From positions 7,075 to 71,074 of the IMG/VR virus record IMGVR_UViG_3300031716_000007: a DNA stretch of 64,000 nucleotides. The stretch is one strand, 5' to 3'. The DNA comes from a virus. Its lineage: Duplodnaviria > Caudoviricetes. Both the position numbers and the translations under genes were made by a program. The notes beneath the pieces are model-generated. The model saw nothing but the letters and a program-made list of their open reading frames with translations. It did not search any database and was not told the DNA's origin. How positions within the stretch are numbered: position 1 is the stretch's first letter; every line of letters starts with the position of its first letter. Shown here one piece after another: positions 18,164 to 28,500 of the stretch.

Positions 18164-20719
18164 TTAGGCTACAATACCAGCCGCGAACGCTCGGAAATCG
18201 ACTACAGAACCGCCATATTCATGACGAACTTTGTAGCGAATCGTATCGTATTGGAATACGTTTCCTTGAGTCGGTTGATCTTGAACCAAAATTTCAGGCT
18301 CTTCTTTTCCTTGTAAGAATCCGATTTCAATCCCTTCGACATCTTCCGGACGAGCAGAAAGATAGAAGTTATTTTCATCGCCGCGTAAGAAAGGAGATAC
18401 GATCGGTTCGAAAGAATCACGAATCGTATTCACTTCTTGCTCAGCACCTTCAGGATTCATTGGAGAATTCTTTAAGGCTAAAGCGACGGATCTTAAAGAA
18501 CGAGGAACCCAAAGGATCGGATTTTGGAGAGCTAAGATTTCAGTGACTTTATACAGAGGAGTGCTGAGAACATGAGCAGCACCGCTTGTTCCGAACTGAC
18601 CACGTGTGACTGTTAAAGCATCAGTTGAAACAGAGCTGACTAACATCATTTCACCTTCAGCCCATAACATATCACCAGCTTTGAAATATTGGCCAGTACC
18701 GGCTGTGACGTTGATGGTTGTCGCGCCAGAAGTTAATGGATTATCAGTGATTAATGTTTTGGTTCCAAACTCACCTTGATGATACATATCATCGAGCAAG
18801 TTCTTTAAATTATCATGGCTTAAAGCAGCGGTACGATAGTTCTTGTGAGCAGTTGCATAAAGAGCAATTGCGTCATAAATCGTTCCACCGTTGATTGTAC
18901 CCGCAGAAACGTTTAACATTAAATCAAAAACGAAACGATTTAATGTGTTAGCAGCTGCGCGACCAATCTTGCCAGGGATTTTAGTTAAAACATTAAGATC
19001 GTCGTCGATGATCATACGTCGAGTTAATGTGACGATCCCACCTTTTGTCGCAACAGCATATGTCGATTCTTGATCTTGAGGAAATCCAAGTTCAGGATAT
19101 GTCGGCGTAGTGCTGTCAATAGGTGTTCCGGCTGAAGTTCTAGCATCTAGAACTTGAGGTAATTGACCAAATCCACCCCAACGGATTCTTTCTTGCAATT
19201 TGAAGTCAGGCACATTGGTAACAGAAGCAATTCGTCTCCACAAAGGATCGATGGTTTTATAATCACGAAGCATTCTGCGTTGCATGGAGAAACCTAAAGC
19301 ATAGGAGAATGACGTAGAATCAGCTTCTTGCATTCTTGCCATTGCTTTTTTACCCATGTTTCCTGTGACCATAGGGTCATCAGTAAAAGCAATATAAGCC
19401 TCTTTCAAGGACTTAAATGCTTCAATGCCTTCATAACTTGTCTTCTCGGATTCATTGATCTTGCTGTCAAGCATAAGATCCAGTGAAGCCTGTAGACGAT
19501 CGGTAGGCTCTTTTTCAATGAAGCTACCTTCGACATCCCCGCCAAAATTAAAATCAGCACGGCTCTCAACTAAAGCGGCGAGAGTCTCGCGCTCTAATTT
19601 GATAGTTTCATCAACTTCAGATTCTTTGAAGATCTTGCCTTCATATTGTTTCTTAATTTTATTTTTATAAGGCTGAGGAAGTTTGCTTTCAGCCAATTTG
19701 GTCTGAAGCATTTCTTTACATTCCCCAACTTGAAGACGATGCTCGACGGCAGCTAAACGATCTTCTTTTTCTTTAGATTCTTTAATTCTTTTATCTTCGG
19801 CTTCTTTCTTTTGACGAGCCTCTTCAGATTCGCGGACTTTCTTGGCGTCAGCCTCTTCTTGCATTTTCTTTTTCTTGGCATCAGCATCAGCAGTGTAAGC
19901 TTCTTTTTCTGAAGTAATAACACCTTCGAGAATTTTGAAAGCTTCATCTACTTTGCTTTCCTTGATAAGACCAAGCAAAGACGAAATTTTAGAAGATTCT
20001 TTGTGGCCAGTAGATTCTTGAATCAATTTGTTGACGATGCCGGCAACTTCTTCTTGAGTGACATTCGCAATGTCAATACCTTCTAACAACGCTGGTTTCC
20101 AAGCCTTCAATGATTCGAGAAACTTTTTAAACATGTGTTCGACTCCTTCTTGTTGGTTGATACTTTCGATTAGACCTAAAAGTCCTCCGCCAGCCGCCGG
20201 CTGAGTAACAAAATCCGTGCTAAAAACTTGCTTTATGGATTTTACAATTGCGGAAGGTATGCCATTTACCATACGGAACTGTCTTTCACCGTCGGCATTT
20301 ATTGACAATCCCAGAAAATTTTTTAAACCTTTTTTCCAGGAATTAACGAGGGTTTCCTTGAGTGGCTTAACTGTCTCCGTGTCAAACAAATTTAAGAAAC
20401 CAGTTAGACCACTACGATCACGACCATCAACATTGATCGTTTCAAATTTAACATTTTCAAGAAATCCAGCGATTTGCGCAGGGAATCCCTGCTTGACCAT
20501 TTTTTCAATGGCTAAGGGGAGATGATTGAAAAACTTTTTATCAAACTCAAAAAATCTAACTTGGCTTTTTTCGAATAACGGAGCTGCTTCTTCGAGGACC
20601 GTTCGGGGATAATAAGAACCATTCTTCGAAAGCCCTTCTTCGATAATCATTACTTTCCAACGATTACCTTCGTTTGAACTTTCTAAGAATGTCGTTAGAT
20701 CGACTCTTCCAAACTTCAC
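18164..20719 (-). CDS. Fused prohead protease-scaffold-major capsid protein (HK97 fold, Mu gpT-like capsid part)
   Basis: Protease-like N-terminus (IIEEGLSKNGSYYP...GLSINADG), charged helical scaffold, then capsid motifs (V.DFK, Y.VATKGGIVTLTRRMIIDDDL, L.VPRSL, GFLQGKEEP, YKVRHEYGGSVVDFRA). GTG start with GGAG. Confidence 0.9.
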   Translation of the reverse strand: MKFGRVDLTTFLESSNEGNRWKVMIIEEGLSKNGSYYPRTVLEEAAPLFEKSQVRFFEFDKKFFNHLPLAIEKMVKQGFPAQIAGFLENVKFETINVDGRDRSGLTGFLNLFDTETVKPLKETLVNSWKKGLKNFLGLSINADGERQFRMVNGIPSAIVKSIKQVFSTDFVTQPAAGGGLLGLIESINQQEGVEHMFKKFLESLKAWKPALLEGIDIANVTQEEVAGIVNKLIQESTGHKESSKISSLLGLIKESKVDEAFKILEGVITSEKEAYTADADAKKKKMQEEADAKKVRESEEARQKKEAEDKRIKESKEKEDRLAAVEHRLQVGECKEMLQTKLAESKLPQPYKNKIKKQYEGKIFKESEVDETIKLERETLAALVESRADFNFGGDVEGSFIEKEPTDRLQASLDLMLDSKINESEKTSYEGIEAFKSLKEAYIAFTDDPMVTGNMGKKAMARMQEADSTSFSYALGFSMQRRMLRDYKTIDPLWRRIASVTNVPDFKLQERIRWGGFGQLPQVLDARTSAGTPIDSTTPTYPELGFPQDQESTYAVATKGGIVTLTRRMIIDDDLNVLTKIPGKIGRAAANTLNRFVFDLMLNVSAGTINGGTIYDAIALYATAHKNYRTAALSHDNLKNLLDDMYHQGEFGTKTLITDNPLTSGATTINVTAGTGQYFKAGDMLWAEGEMMLVSSVSTDALTVTRGQFGTSGAAHVLSTPLYKVTEILALQNPILWVPRSLRSVALALKNSPMNPEGAEQEVNTIRDSFEPIVSPFLRGDENNFYLSARPEDVEGIEIGFLQGKEEPEILVQDQPTQGNVFQYDTIRYKVRHEYGGSVVDFRAFAAGIVA

Positions 20720-20814
20720 TTTAAACTCTCCGGTCCATGAGTTGAGGAAAAAAACTTTGAAACTTTTATTTATTTTCCTTTTGGCCGGATAAGCCTTTTT
20801 ATAGAAGAATAGAT

Positions 20815-20869
20815 CTTAGGTGTAGTATCACACCTAAGTTAAGTATTGTATTAATTATTTTTTTGTCAA
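20815..20869 (-). promoter_or_regulatory. Possible sigma70-type promoter plus 9-bp inverted repeat upstream of the capsid gene
   Basis: Minus strand TTGACA-16 nt-AATACT, followed by the perfect IR CTTAGGTGT/ACACCTAAG (20815-20838). The -10 match is weak. Confidence 0.35.
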
Positions 20870-20876
20870 ATAAATT

Positions 20877-21638
20877 TTAATTTATTTTTTGTAGCACCCA
20901 AAAATCCGAATTGTCGCTTTCTCTGATGGCTTTGTACATGCCAGAAATTTCTTCGGATTGGAACTCAATTCTCATCTCGTTCAATGATTCATTAATGCAG
21001 ACTTTTCCTTTCGCGATCAGTTTGGTCCAGCTCGGCATTAACGTTTCATTGAGGATCTTTGTGCGAGGTTTAATGAAGTCGATACCCTCGCTAATTGTGG
21101 ACATAAAATTATTGCTTGGCATTAAATACATCGATGCCGGGTCCTTGCATTCTTTTTCAAATATATATTTCTCAATATATATATTCATGCCTCTTGATGT
21201 TGACATGATGAATCGATCCAATGGTTTTCCTTCTGCAAACTTTGGTTTCCACCATTGTTTAAAAAGAATAAAATCATCAAATATCTTTTCGGGATCCTTC
21301 ATCTTAAATCCGTCTTCTTCTTTAATAAGATATTTATCAAATAATTCTTTTGCAAATGGCTTATTAAATTCAGACTCTAAGCATGGATGTTTTAATTGAA
21401 CTAGAAACTTTACGATACTTTCAAACATTTGTTCCATTTGTTTGAAAGATTCCTGAACTTCTTCCCCACGCCTTTTTTTCTGAAAAGATTCAATGAGCTT
21501 GCTCAGCTTTGCAACATTCCCATCTATCTTGAGCTCATCATTCTGACTCTCTTGAATCTTGCTTTTAAATTCGTCATAGGTGATCGTTGCACCACTTTTT
21601 ACATAAACATCATGAAGCTGCTTTAAAAACTCATTCAT
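20877..21638 (-). CDS. Hypothetical head-associated protein (possible internal or scaffold protein)
   Basis: Lies between portal and capsid and carries several [ILVM]-x-E-S motifs like the scaffold. Confidence 0.5.
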   Translation of the reverse strand: MNEFLKQLHDVYVKSGATITYDEFKSKIQESQNDELKIDGNVAKLSKLIESFQKKRRGEEVQESFKQMEQMFESIVKFLVQLKHPCLESEFNKPFAKELFDKYLIKEEDGFKMKDPEKIFDDFILFKQWWKPKFAEGKPLDRFIMSTSRGMNIYIEKYIFEKECKDPASMYLMPSNNFMSTISEGIDFIKPRTKILNETLMPSWTKLIAKGKVCINESLNEMRIEFQSEEISGMYKAIRESDNSDFWVLQKIN

Positions 21639-23086
21639 TGTTTTCGTTTCCTCCCATTATTTTTACTAGGCGCATCTTGGATGGGTTTGCCATTATTGCG
21701 TCCATTACCATTATTCTGACTTGGCAATGCTGGTGAAGCTTCCTCTTCTGAAGAATCGTCTTCTTCTCCATCATCTTCTTGAGCGTAATCTGGCATCTCA
21801 CCAACGCCCATTTGACTGACCATTAATTGAAAAGATTTCTGAGCTTCATTATCAGTAATCCATTTCTGATCTCTTGCCTTAACAAGTCCGTCAACAAATC
21901 CACCAATCGTTTGCGCTAAGCTACGATCATCTTTAGAAATAATCGGCGGAGTAATAATTGTAAAACTCTTGTCAACGTCCTTTGGAAGTGTACCAGCTAA
22001 AATTGCTTGATCAATAACGAACTGACAAATATTGCGATATTGATATTTAACTTTCTTCTGACGAGCTTTAAGCTTCTTTAATGTGGGAAGTCCCATTTCC
22101 ATCGCGGTTGCGCGCGTAGTCTTCTCACCATCACCGAACCAGTGTGATGGGAATCCAGCGCCGCCAAGAATCTGCCCTTTAAATAACTTAGCTTCATTAG
22201 AAGCGTCTTGAGACTCGAGCTGCGGAGAAATAGCTTGCCATGTGACCTTTTCATTATGAGCTCTAATTGAACCAGGCTTAGGCGTTGGAATTGATTTAAC
22301 AAAGGCTTCTAGCCCTTCTTTATCCAATCCTTCAGCCGTAACGTCCCAAATAAACGTATTTAAAAGGAAAGCCCGTTCCAATCGAGCAAATAAGAATTGA
22401 TCATGACCGTCGAGCCAATCGGCCAAAGAAAGCAGATCTGATCGACCACGCGTCGCGTTGATAGGCTTATTAATAGGGAAGTAAAATAAATCTCCCATTA
22501 ACAATCCATAAGTTTCGGACTTTGGATTATCATCAATGCGCACAATATTGCCTTCGCGTTCTTTGCGCATTCCTGGTTTTCTCCAAACAACCGTATCATT
22601 CCATCGCGGATTCTTCGTGTCTTTTGTGACTTTAACAATCCAAGATGGATCAATATATCCAAGCTTAACAGCTCCATCGATAGGATTGACCCAGACAGGA
22701 AAGCAATTCTCTCCAAACAATGAAAGCTCTAAAACGTTTTCATCCATGACACAGTTTAAATCATTCTCCGGATCGTTCCAGAATTTATCAATAACAGCAT
22801 AAACTTTAGGATCTTCCGCTGAAAATGTAAATCCATCTCCGATAACGAAATCTCGAATGATCTCAATTATGCGATGTCCCATAGGATTCGTATCAAATAA
22901 ATAAAATGCGATTTGTTGCATTCTTCTTTGAGTGACAGGATTAAGATCCCTCTGCGTGCTCGTTGTCAAAGATCTCCACATGGCATCTTGATCACCCGAA
23001 TTTCCCATAGGATAACTCTCTTGTACGCGGGCCATTATCTCCGCATGTCTTTTTTCTCGTTCTTTGTAAGATGAATTTTTAGTCAT
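21635..23086 (-). CDS. Portal protein
   Basis: 483 aa after TerL; RGRSDLL, GAGFPSHWFG and acidic C-tail resemble DUF1073/Mu gp29-like portals. Confidence 0.85.
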   Translation of the reverse strand: MTKNSSYKEREKRHAEIMARVQESYPMGNSGDQDAMWRSLTTSTQRDLNPVTQRRMQQIAFYLFDTNPMGHRIIEIIRDFVIGDGFTFSAEDPKVYAVIDKFWNDPENDLNCVMDENVLELSLFGENCFPVWVNPIDGAVKLGYIDPSWIVKVTKDTKNPRWNDTVVWRKPGMRKEREGNIVRIDDNPKSETYGLLMGDLFYFPINKPINATRGRSDLLSLADWLDGHDQFLFARLERAFLLNTFIWDVTAEGLDKEGLEAFVKSIPTPKPGSIRAHNEKVTWQAISPQLESQDASNEAKLFKGQILGGAGFPSHWFGDGEKTTRATAMEMGLPTLKKLKARQKKVKYQYRNICQFVIDQAILAGTLPKDVDKSFTIITPPIISKDDRSLAQTIGGFVDGLVKARDQKWITDNEAQKSFQLMVSQMGVGEMPDYAQEDDGEEDDSSEEEASPALPSQNNGNGRNNGKPIQDAPSKNNGRKRKQ

Positions 23087-24696
23087 TAAAATATCACTCC
23101 TTTTCTTTGAATACGATATGCACCCACAACAGACGCCGCAGATGCAGCTTTTTGATGTGGCCCAGGGACCACAACTTTTTTACCTTCTGAGTTTTCTATC
23201 TCTTGTCCTGGATCTAAAGAAACAATGCAGCACTCTGCTTTCTTACGTGGGAACAAATAAGAGATCCCATACTCGGCCGCATTGATAACATGGATATATC
23301 GATCAGTGTTTAAATGATCGTCTTTGCGCGGATTTAATTGAATACATCTAATGGCCTCTGCGAATTTCAAACAAGTCTCTTCTTTGGATAAATTACATTG
23401 TGGCTTTCCATTGATTGTGCGTTTTAAGAAAGTTTTGAAATTTCTCATTTTCTCTTCATTGGTTAAATTCTCTTGATATTTAATATCCATCGCGCCTTTT
23501 GAAATATCGTAATATTCTTCAATAACACTTTTCTTGCTTGTGCGATGGCGTCGGCTTCCGGAACGATCGCCGATAAACCCAATATTCTTAATTGGTCCTG
23601 TATATCCAATATGCCCTAACGCTTTTAAAAATTCATTGTAGAGTTCCGGCGTAAGCATATTTTGAAAGACTCTATAATAAAGAAAGAACAATCGATCATC
23701 TCTGTCCTTTTGCGCAAAAAGAAAAACTTCACCGTCAAGACCAAAATCCATAAAACAATACAGTTTCGATTCGGGATTTAGGTACACTTTATGATCTAAA
23801 ACGTGAACCGTGTCATTGAATTCTGGATAAGAAAGATTCGTTAAGGCCGCATCATAAGCAATCTCGAGCTCTTGTGCGATCTCATGTTTCTGCATTGAAG
23901 CTGTTTTTCTAGCGTACCATTCCGGCGTATATTCGGGGTGCATGCTCCAATGAAATCTCATATGTTTAAAGCCGGAGTTTTTCATCTCACGTAATTCAGC
24001 AAATTTATTATTAACCTTACTTTGTGGTGGCGTCGAACATAAACAAATAGAATTTGATGCGCTACGCACACCTTTCCACATTTCATCCAAGCAATCAATA
24101 AAGGCAGCCTCGTCGATAAAAACAAATTTATATTGAGAGTCGCGTCCGGCTTTTGGGTTAGAAGACTCGCCTTTAATTACTGAATCCATTGAAGGAACTT
24201 TAAATGTCAAAAATGGATTGTGGATCCGTGGCCGCAAGAATGGTGGCAATCTGCTATACATAAAAAATAACCGCCCGAAAAGACAATGATGCGTATTGCC
24301 AGAATCCTGAACTTCGCTTTCTTTTCTAGAAATATTTAAAGCTGTGAATCCTTTATTATAAAGAACATTGTGAAGCTGCCATCCCATGATCGTCCAAGAA
24401 ATTCCCATTTGACGCGATTTATCAATGAAAGTATCTCCGTACTTATCAAGCTGATTAATTAAATCAATTTGAAAATCATACAAAATAAATGGGATAATAG
24501 AAGGCGTTTTGCGAGCATCGATTGTGCAAACATATTGCTGAAACCAATATTGCTTATTCCCAGCGCACTTTTGATATTCAGCAATCTGCCATCGCTTCGC
24601 ATCATTAGCATTCATTGATGCGATCTTCTTCTCCCAATCAAAACGCTGATATGTAGAAACAATATTACTCATTGGCTGATCCACTTGATATTTCAT
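23086..24696 (-). CDS. terL: Terminase large subunit
   Basis: Walker A region FIDKSRQMGISW, Walker B FVFIDEAAF, coupling motif CSTP, RNase H-like YCFMDFGLD. Confidence 0.95.
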   Translation of the reverse strand: MKYQVDQPMSNIVSTYQRFDWEKKIASMNANDAKRWQIAEYQKCAGNKQYWFQQYVCTIDARKTPSIIPFILYDFQIDLINQLDKYGDTFIDKSRQMGISWTIMGWQLHNVLYNKGFTALNISRKESEVQDSGNTHHCLFGRLFFMYSRLPPFLRPRIHNPFLTFKVPSMDSVIKGESSNPKAGRDSQYKFVFIDEAAFIDCLDEMWKGVRSASNSICLCSTPPQSKVNNKFAELREMKNSGFKHMRFHWSMHPEYTPEWYARKTASMQKHEIAQELEIAYDAALTNLSYPEFNDTVHVLDHKVYLNPESKLYCFMDFGLDGEVFLFAQKDRDDRLFFLYYRVFQNMLTPELYNEFLKALGHIGYTGPIKNIGFIGDRSGSRRHRTSKKSVIEEYYDISKGAMDIKYQENLTNEEKMRNFKTFLKRTINGKPQCNLSKEETCLKFAEAIRCIQLNPRKDDHLNTDRYIHVINAAEYGISYLFPRKKAECCIVSLDPGQEIENSEGKKVVVPGPHQKAASAASVVGAYRIQRKGVIF

Positions 24697-25252
24697 CTGC
24701 GCTTAAAAACGAGCTTTCTTTTTCTTTTGTTTTAACTCCGCCGGACAGAAAGGCTTCTAATTTCATTAATCGTTCGATATCAGCAATGCGAAACTTCGCC
24801 GGATCAAACGCTTCAATCTTAACTTTGTTCTTGTCATAAACATCGATAGGATTACCGTCTTTGTCAAAGAATCCAGTAATAGGATTAAACATAGAATCGC
24901 TGGCCTTCTTTAACATGTCCCTAATTAATTTAAGACGTTCCATTCTTGTTTCTTCAAGTAAAACATTCATTTTTTCACTAACACGCTCTTGAAAAACAGA
25001 TAAGCGTTGAACTAACGGTTGTATCCCACGCTTAGCATCTCCTTCTCTAAAATATCGACGAGCTGTTTGTGGAGTAATGTTTGCTTCTTTAGCTGATCGA
25101 GTTAAAGACATTCCTTCCGCTAAATAAGAAAACAACTCATCAATTTTTTCTTTAGAGAGACAATTTTGATAAGTGCTGTAACTCTTCGTGTTTCCTTTAT
25201 TAAGATTCGCAAGCGAATTTGGATTCATTTTATGGGACGCGTGTTCGGTCAT
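24665..25252 (-). CDS. Terminase small subunit (HTH)
   Basis: NPNSLANL motif and HTH (GMSLTRSAKEANITPQTARRYF); directly upstream of TerL. Start moved to ATG 25252. Confidence 0.65.
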   Translation of the reverse strand: MTEHASHKMNPNSLANLNKGNTKSYSTYQNCLSKEKIDELFSYLAEGMSLTRSAKEANITPQTARRYFREGDAKRGIQPLVQRLSVFQERVSEKMNVLLEETRMERLKLIRDMLKKASDSMFNPITGFFDKDGNPIDVYDKNKVKIEAFDPAKFRIADIERLMKLEAFLSGGVKTKEKESSFLSADEISSGSANE

Positions 25253-25253
25253 A

Positions 25254-25562
25254 TTAATTTGCCTCCTTATTCTTAACAATAAATTCAATAACTCCGGTTC
25301 TCTCATCTGCCCCGTTGTTATATTTCGCCGTTAAAAATATAGCATATCGTCCAACCGGCATGTTGGCGAATTGGTAACGCAATTGTTGTCCAGCAATATC
25401 TCCGGCGGCATTATCAACAATGGGTGTACTTGTCTCTTCTTTCATAATCGTAACAAGACATGTCCCCGGATCTGGCGTTTGTTCTTCTCCGTCAATCTTA
25501 AAAACTCCTCTGAAGGTCACATCATCGTTTACATAATATTGATTTCTCTTATTTGGCAACAT
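25254..25562 (-). CDS. Small Ig-like / BppU-N-like virion adaptor protein
   Basis: Beta-strand pattern (DVTFRGVF, LRYQF, GRYAIFLTAKY); lies after the giant fibre-like genes. Confidence 0.4.
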   Translation of the reverse strand: MLPNKRNQYYVNDDVTFRGVFKIDGEEQTPDPGTCLVTIMKEETSTPIVDNAAGDIAGQQLRYQFANMPVGRYAIFLTAKYNNGADERTGVIEFIVKNKEAN

Positions 25563-25570
25563 AGATCCTC

Positions 25571-28500
25571 CTAGCTTGAAACTTGTTGGAAAAATTGAAA
25601 ATTAAATGTTTGGTCTTCAAAATACATATTTCTGCGCGCCGAGAAAGAAGAACTGCTTGAACTCGATGAGCTTGAGCTTAATTGAGATGACGAACTTGAT
25701 GATGAGCTCGAAAAAGACGAGCTCGATGATGAACTTAAACTTGATGAGCTCGAACTAGAAGATTGTGAGCTTGATGATGAAGAACTAGATAAACTTGAAC
25801 TCGACGATGATGAGCTGGATGATGAAGAACTTGAAAATGATGAACTAGATGAACTGCTAAATGAGCTACTTGAACTAGATGAGCTTGATGAGCTAGAGCT
25901 AGACAATGAACTAGATGAGCTTGAGCTCGACGATGAAGAGCTTGAGCTTGAAGATGATGATAAACTCGATGATGAAGAGCTTGATGAAGACGAACTTGTT
26001 AGTGATGAACTTGACGATGATGAGCTCGATAATGAACTAGACGAACTTGATAGTGATGAGCTCGACGAAGACGAACTGCTTAATGATGAACTGCTTGACG
26101 ATGAGCTTGACAGTGATGAACTCGATGATGACGAGCTGCTCGACGATGAACTTGATAATGAAGAACTCGACGAAGAAGAGCTTGACGAGCTCGAAAAAGA
26201 GCTGCTAGAACTAGACGAGCTTAATGAAGAAGAGCTGCTCGAACTCGACGAGCTTGATGAGGATGAACTTGATGAGGATGAACTTGTGTAATCTATGCCA
26301 AAATTACCTACATCATACCATCCTAATTTATATGTTGAGCCATTTGCTCCTGAATATATAATCTGGGTCCTACCAGACATGATCGCCTGTAACCCATCAC
26401 CATAATGAACATAACACGCCCTATAGCATCCATCTTGATCCCATGTTCCTGTCCCGCCAGTGATCTTGACGCTTCCACCCGACCATGTAATTCCGTCGCT
26501 AGAAGTGTATTCCCATATATGAATTTGATTGTCACTAATTCTTACCCTCAAACAAAGTAAATGATAAACTCCTCCATTATCGATAGTCACATCAAAATGC
26601 CCGGCGCCGTAATAATACGTTGCATTCTTAGCCGGAGCAAAAATTGGATTACTTGCGCTACGTTGAAAATTCTCTATAACATTCGTGGAATTGTTCCATG
26701 TAAATGTTGCCAGACCCATTTGTCCGACGTTGTTTGTAAGCCCACCATCTTCAGAATCCGCAGCATTACCTGTCGTTTCTCCATACCATAAATAAAACGT
26801 CCCATTCTTAAAAATCATCGTCGGATATTGAGTGTGCGCATGAGTTGAGTCAAACTTTTCCCATGCTTGTCCTCCCGAATCCAAACCACTTAAAATAATA
26901 GGATTGGTATTTCCATTAATCGCGGTCCCTGTATACCAATTCCACGTAATGCCATCATTAGACCATCCAAAAGCAAGAGCATGATTACATGCGCTTGGCG
27001 CAGCTCCACTCGATCCACTAATTCTTGGAGCAACAACCATAAACCACTTATCATATTGAGGGACATATAAAATATCTGGATCAGCATCAAAGGTCCATCC
27101 AAAATCAGCTTTACCATCAAGAACTGGGTTAGATATAGTCGGACTGGAAGCTTCCCAATTCTGTCCATCATTACTTGTTTCAATAAAATATTCTTCATCA
27201 GCATCCGCAGGGTATGGTGTAAACACTAACCACAATTTCTTTCCGGACTTCCCACTCGGGAAGAAAATACAGTCTGGGTGAAGAACACTATCGTTGCCAT
27301 TATTGCTTAATGGATTCGTATAGGTTAATGATGAACTTGAACTTGAGGAGCTGCTTCTTGACGAACTTGAACTCGATGATGAAGAGCTTGATGATGAACT
27401 TGATGAGCTACTTGTGGACGAACTTGAGCTTGAAGAACTGGATGAAGAAATACTGGAACTTGAAGAACTGGATGAAGAACTGCTAGAACTCGATGAGCTT
27501 GAAGATGAAGAACTGCTCAATGATGAACTAGAAGATGAAGAGCTGCTCAATGATGAGCTAGAAGAGCTAGAACTCGACGATGATGAACTGCTTAACGATG
27601 AACTAGAGCTCGAAGAGCTGCTCAATGATGAACTTGAAGATGAAGAGCTTGATGACGATGAGCTTGACGATGATGAGCTTGCCAACGAAGAACTAGATGA
27701 TGATGAGCTTGACAAAGATGAGCTTGAGCTTGAAGAGCTTGAAACTGAAGTCGATGAACTAGAACTCGAAGAACTGCTTAAGGAAGAGCTCGAAGAAGAA
27801 GAGCTAGAACTCGATGAGCTGCTTAATGAAGAACTTGAGCTCGATGAACTGCTCAGTGAAGAACTTGACGATGATGAACTCGAGCTTGAAGAACTGCTTA
27901 ATGATGAACTAGACGAGCTCGACGATGATTTAGAAGAACTTGAACTTGATGATGAGCTGCTTGAGGATGAGCTAGAAGAAGCCGCAGAAAAATCACCTGC
28001 TGACCAATTATCAATAGTTGGAGTTGTTGAAGAACTGTCAGTCTGGGTTATAAATCCACATCTTAAATTTCCAGTTATAGAAGAATCGGTTATCGTAAGC
28101 CTGGAAACACCAGCTACAAAAAATTCCAGATTAGACCCACTAACTGTTAATTTTATTGTGCATGGAGAAGTTAGTGTTCCACTGGTGTCTGGTCCATTAA
28201 GATTTGAATAGGTGCCAGATACGCATTTTTCAATTCTTAAACGATCATTTGGTTGACTATAACCATTATAATCTCCTACATAAAAAGTTTCTGCTGAACT
28301 GCTAAATCTAACGCAAGCCCCTCCTTGACTTGAATTATTAGCGCTTAAAAATGAAGCTACATCAAGTTGACAATAATGATCGCTTGTTGATAAATCCGAT
28401 TCTGCCCTACATGATTTTGTTGATCCACTCGCCCATACCTGAGTTGCTTTGTTACTAACTACTTGATGGTCCCCTAAGACTTCTGCCCAGGTTAAATCTG

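Noticed and set aside
18076-18170. Stop-codon readthrough from capsid into the Ser-tagged decoration gene
   Set aside because: The capsid stop TAA is followed by TAT TAA and further in-frame stops, and the next gene has its own GAGGAG RBS.
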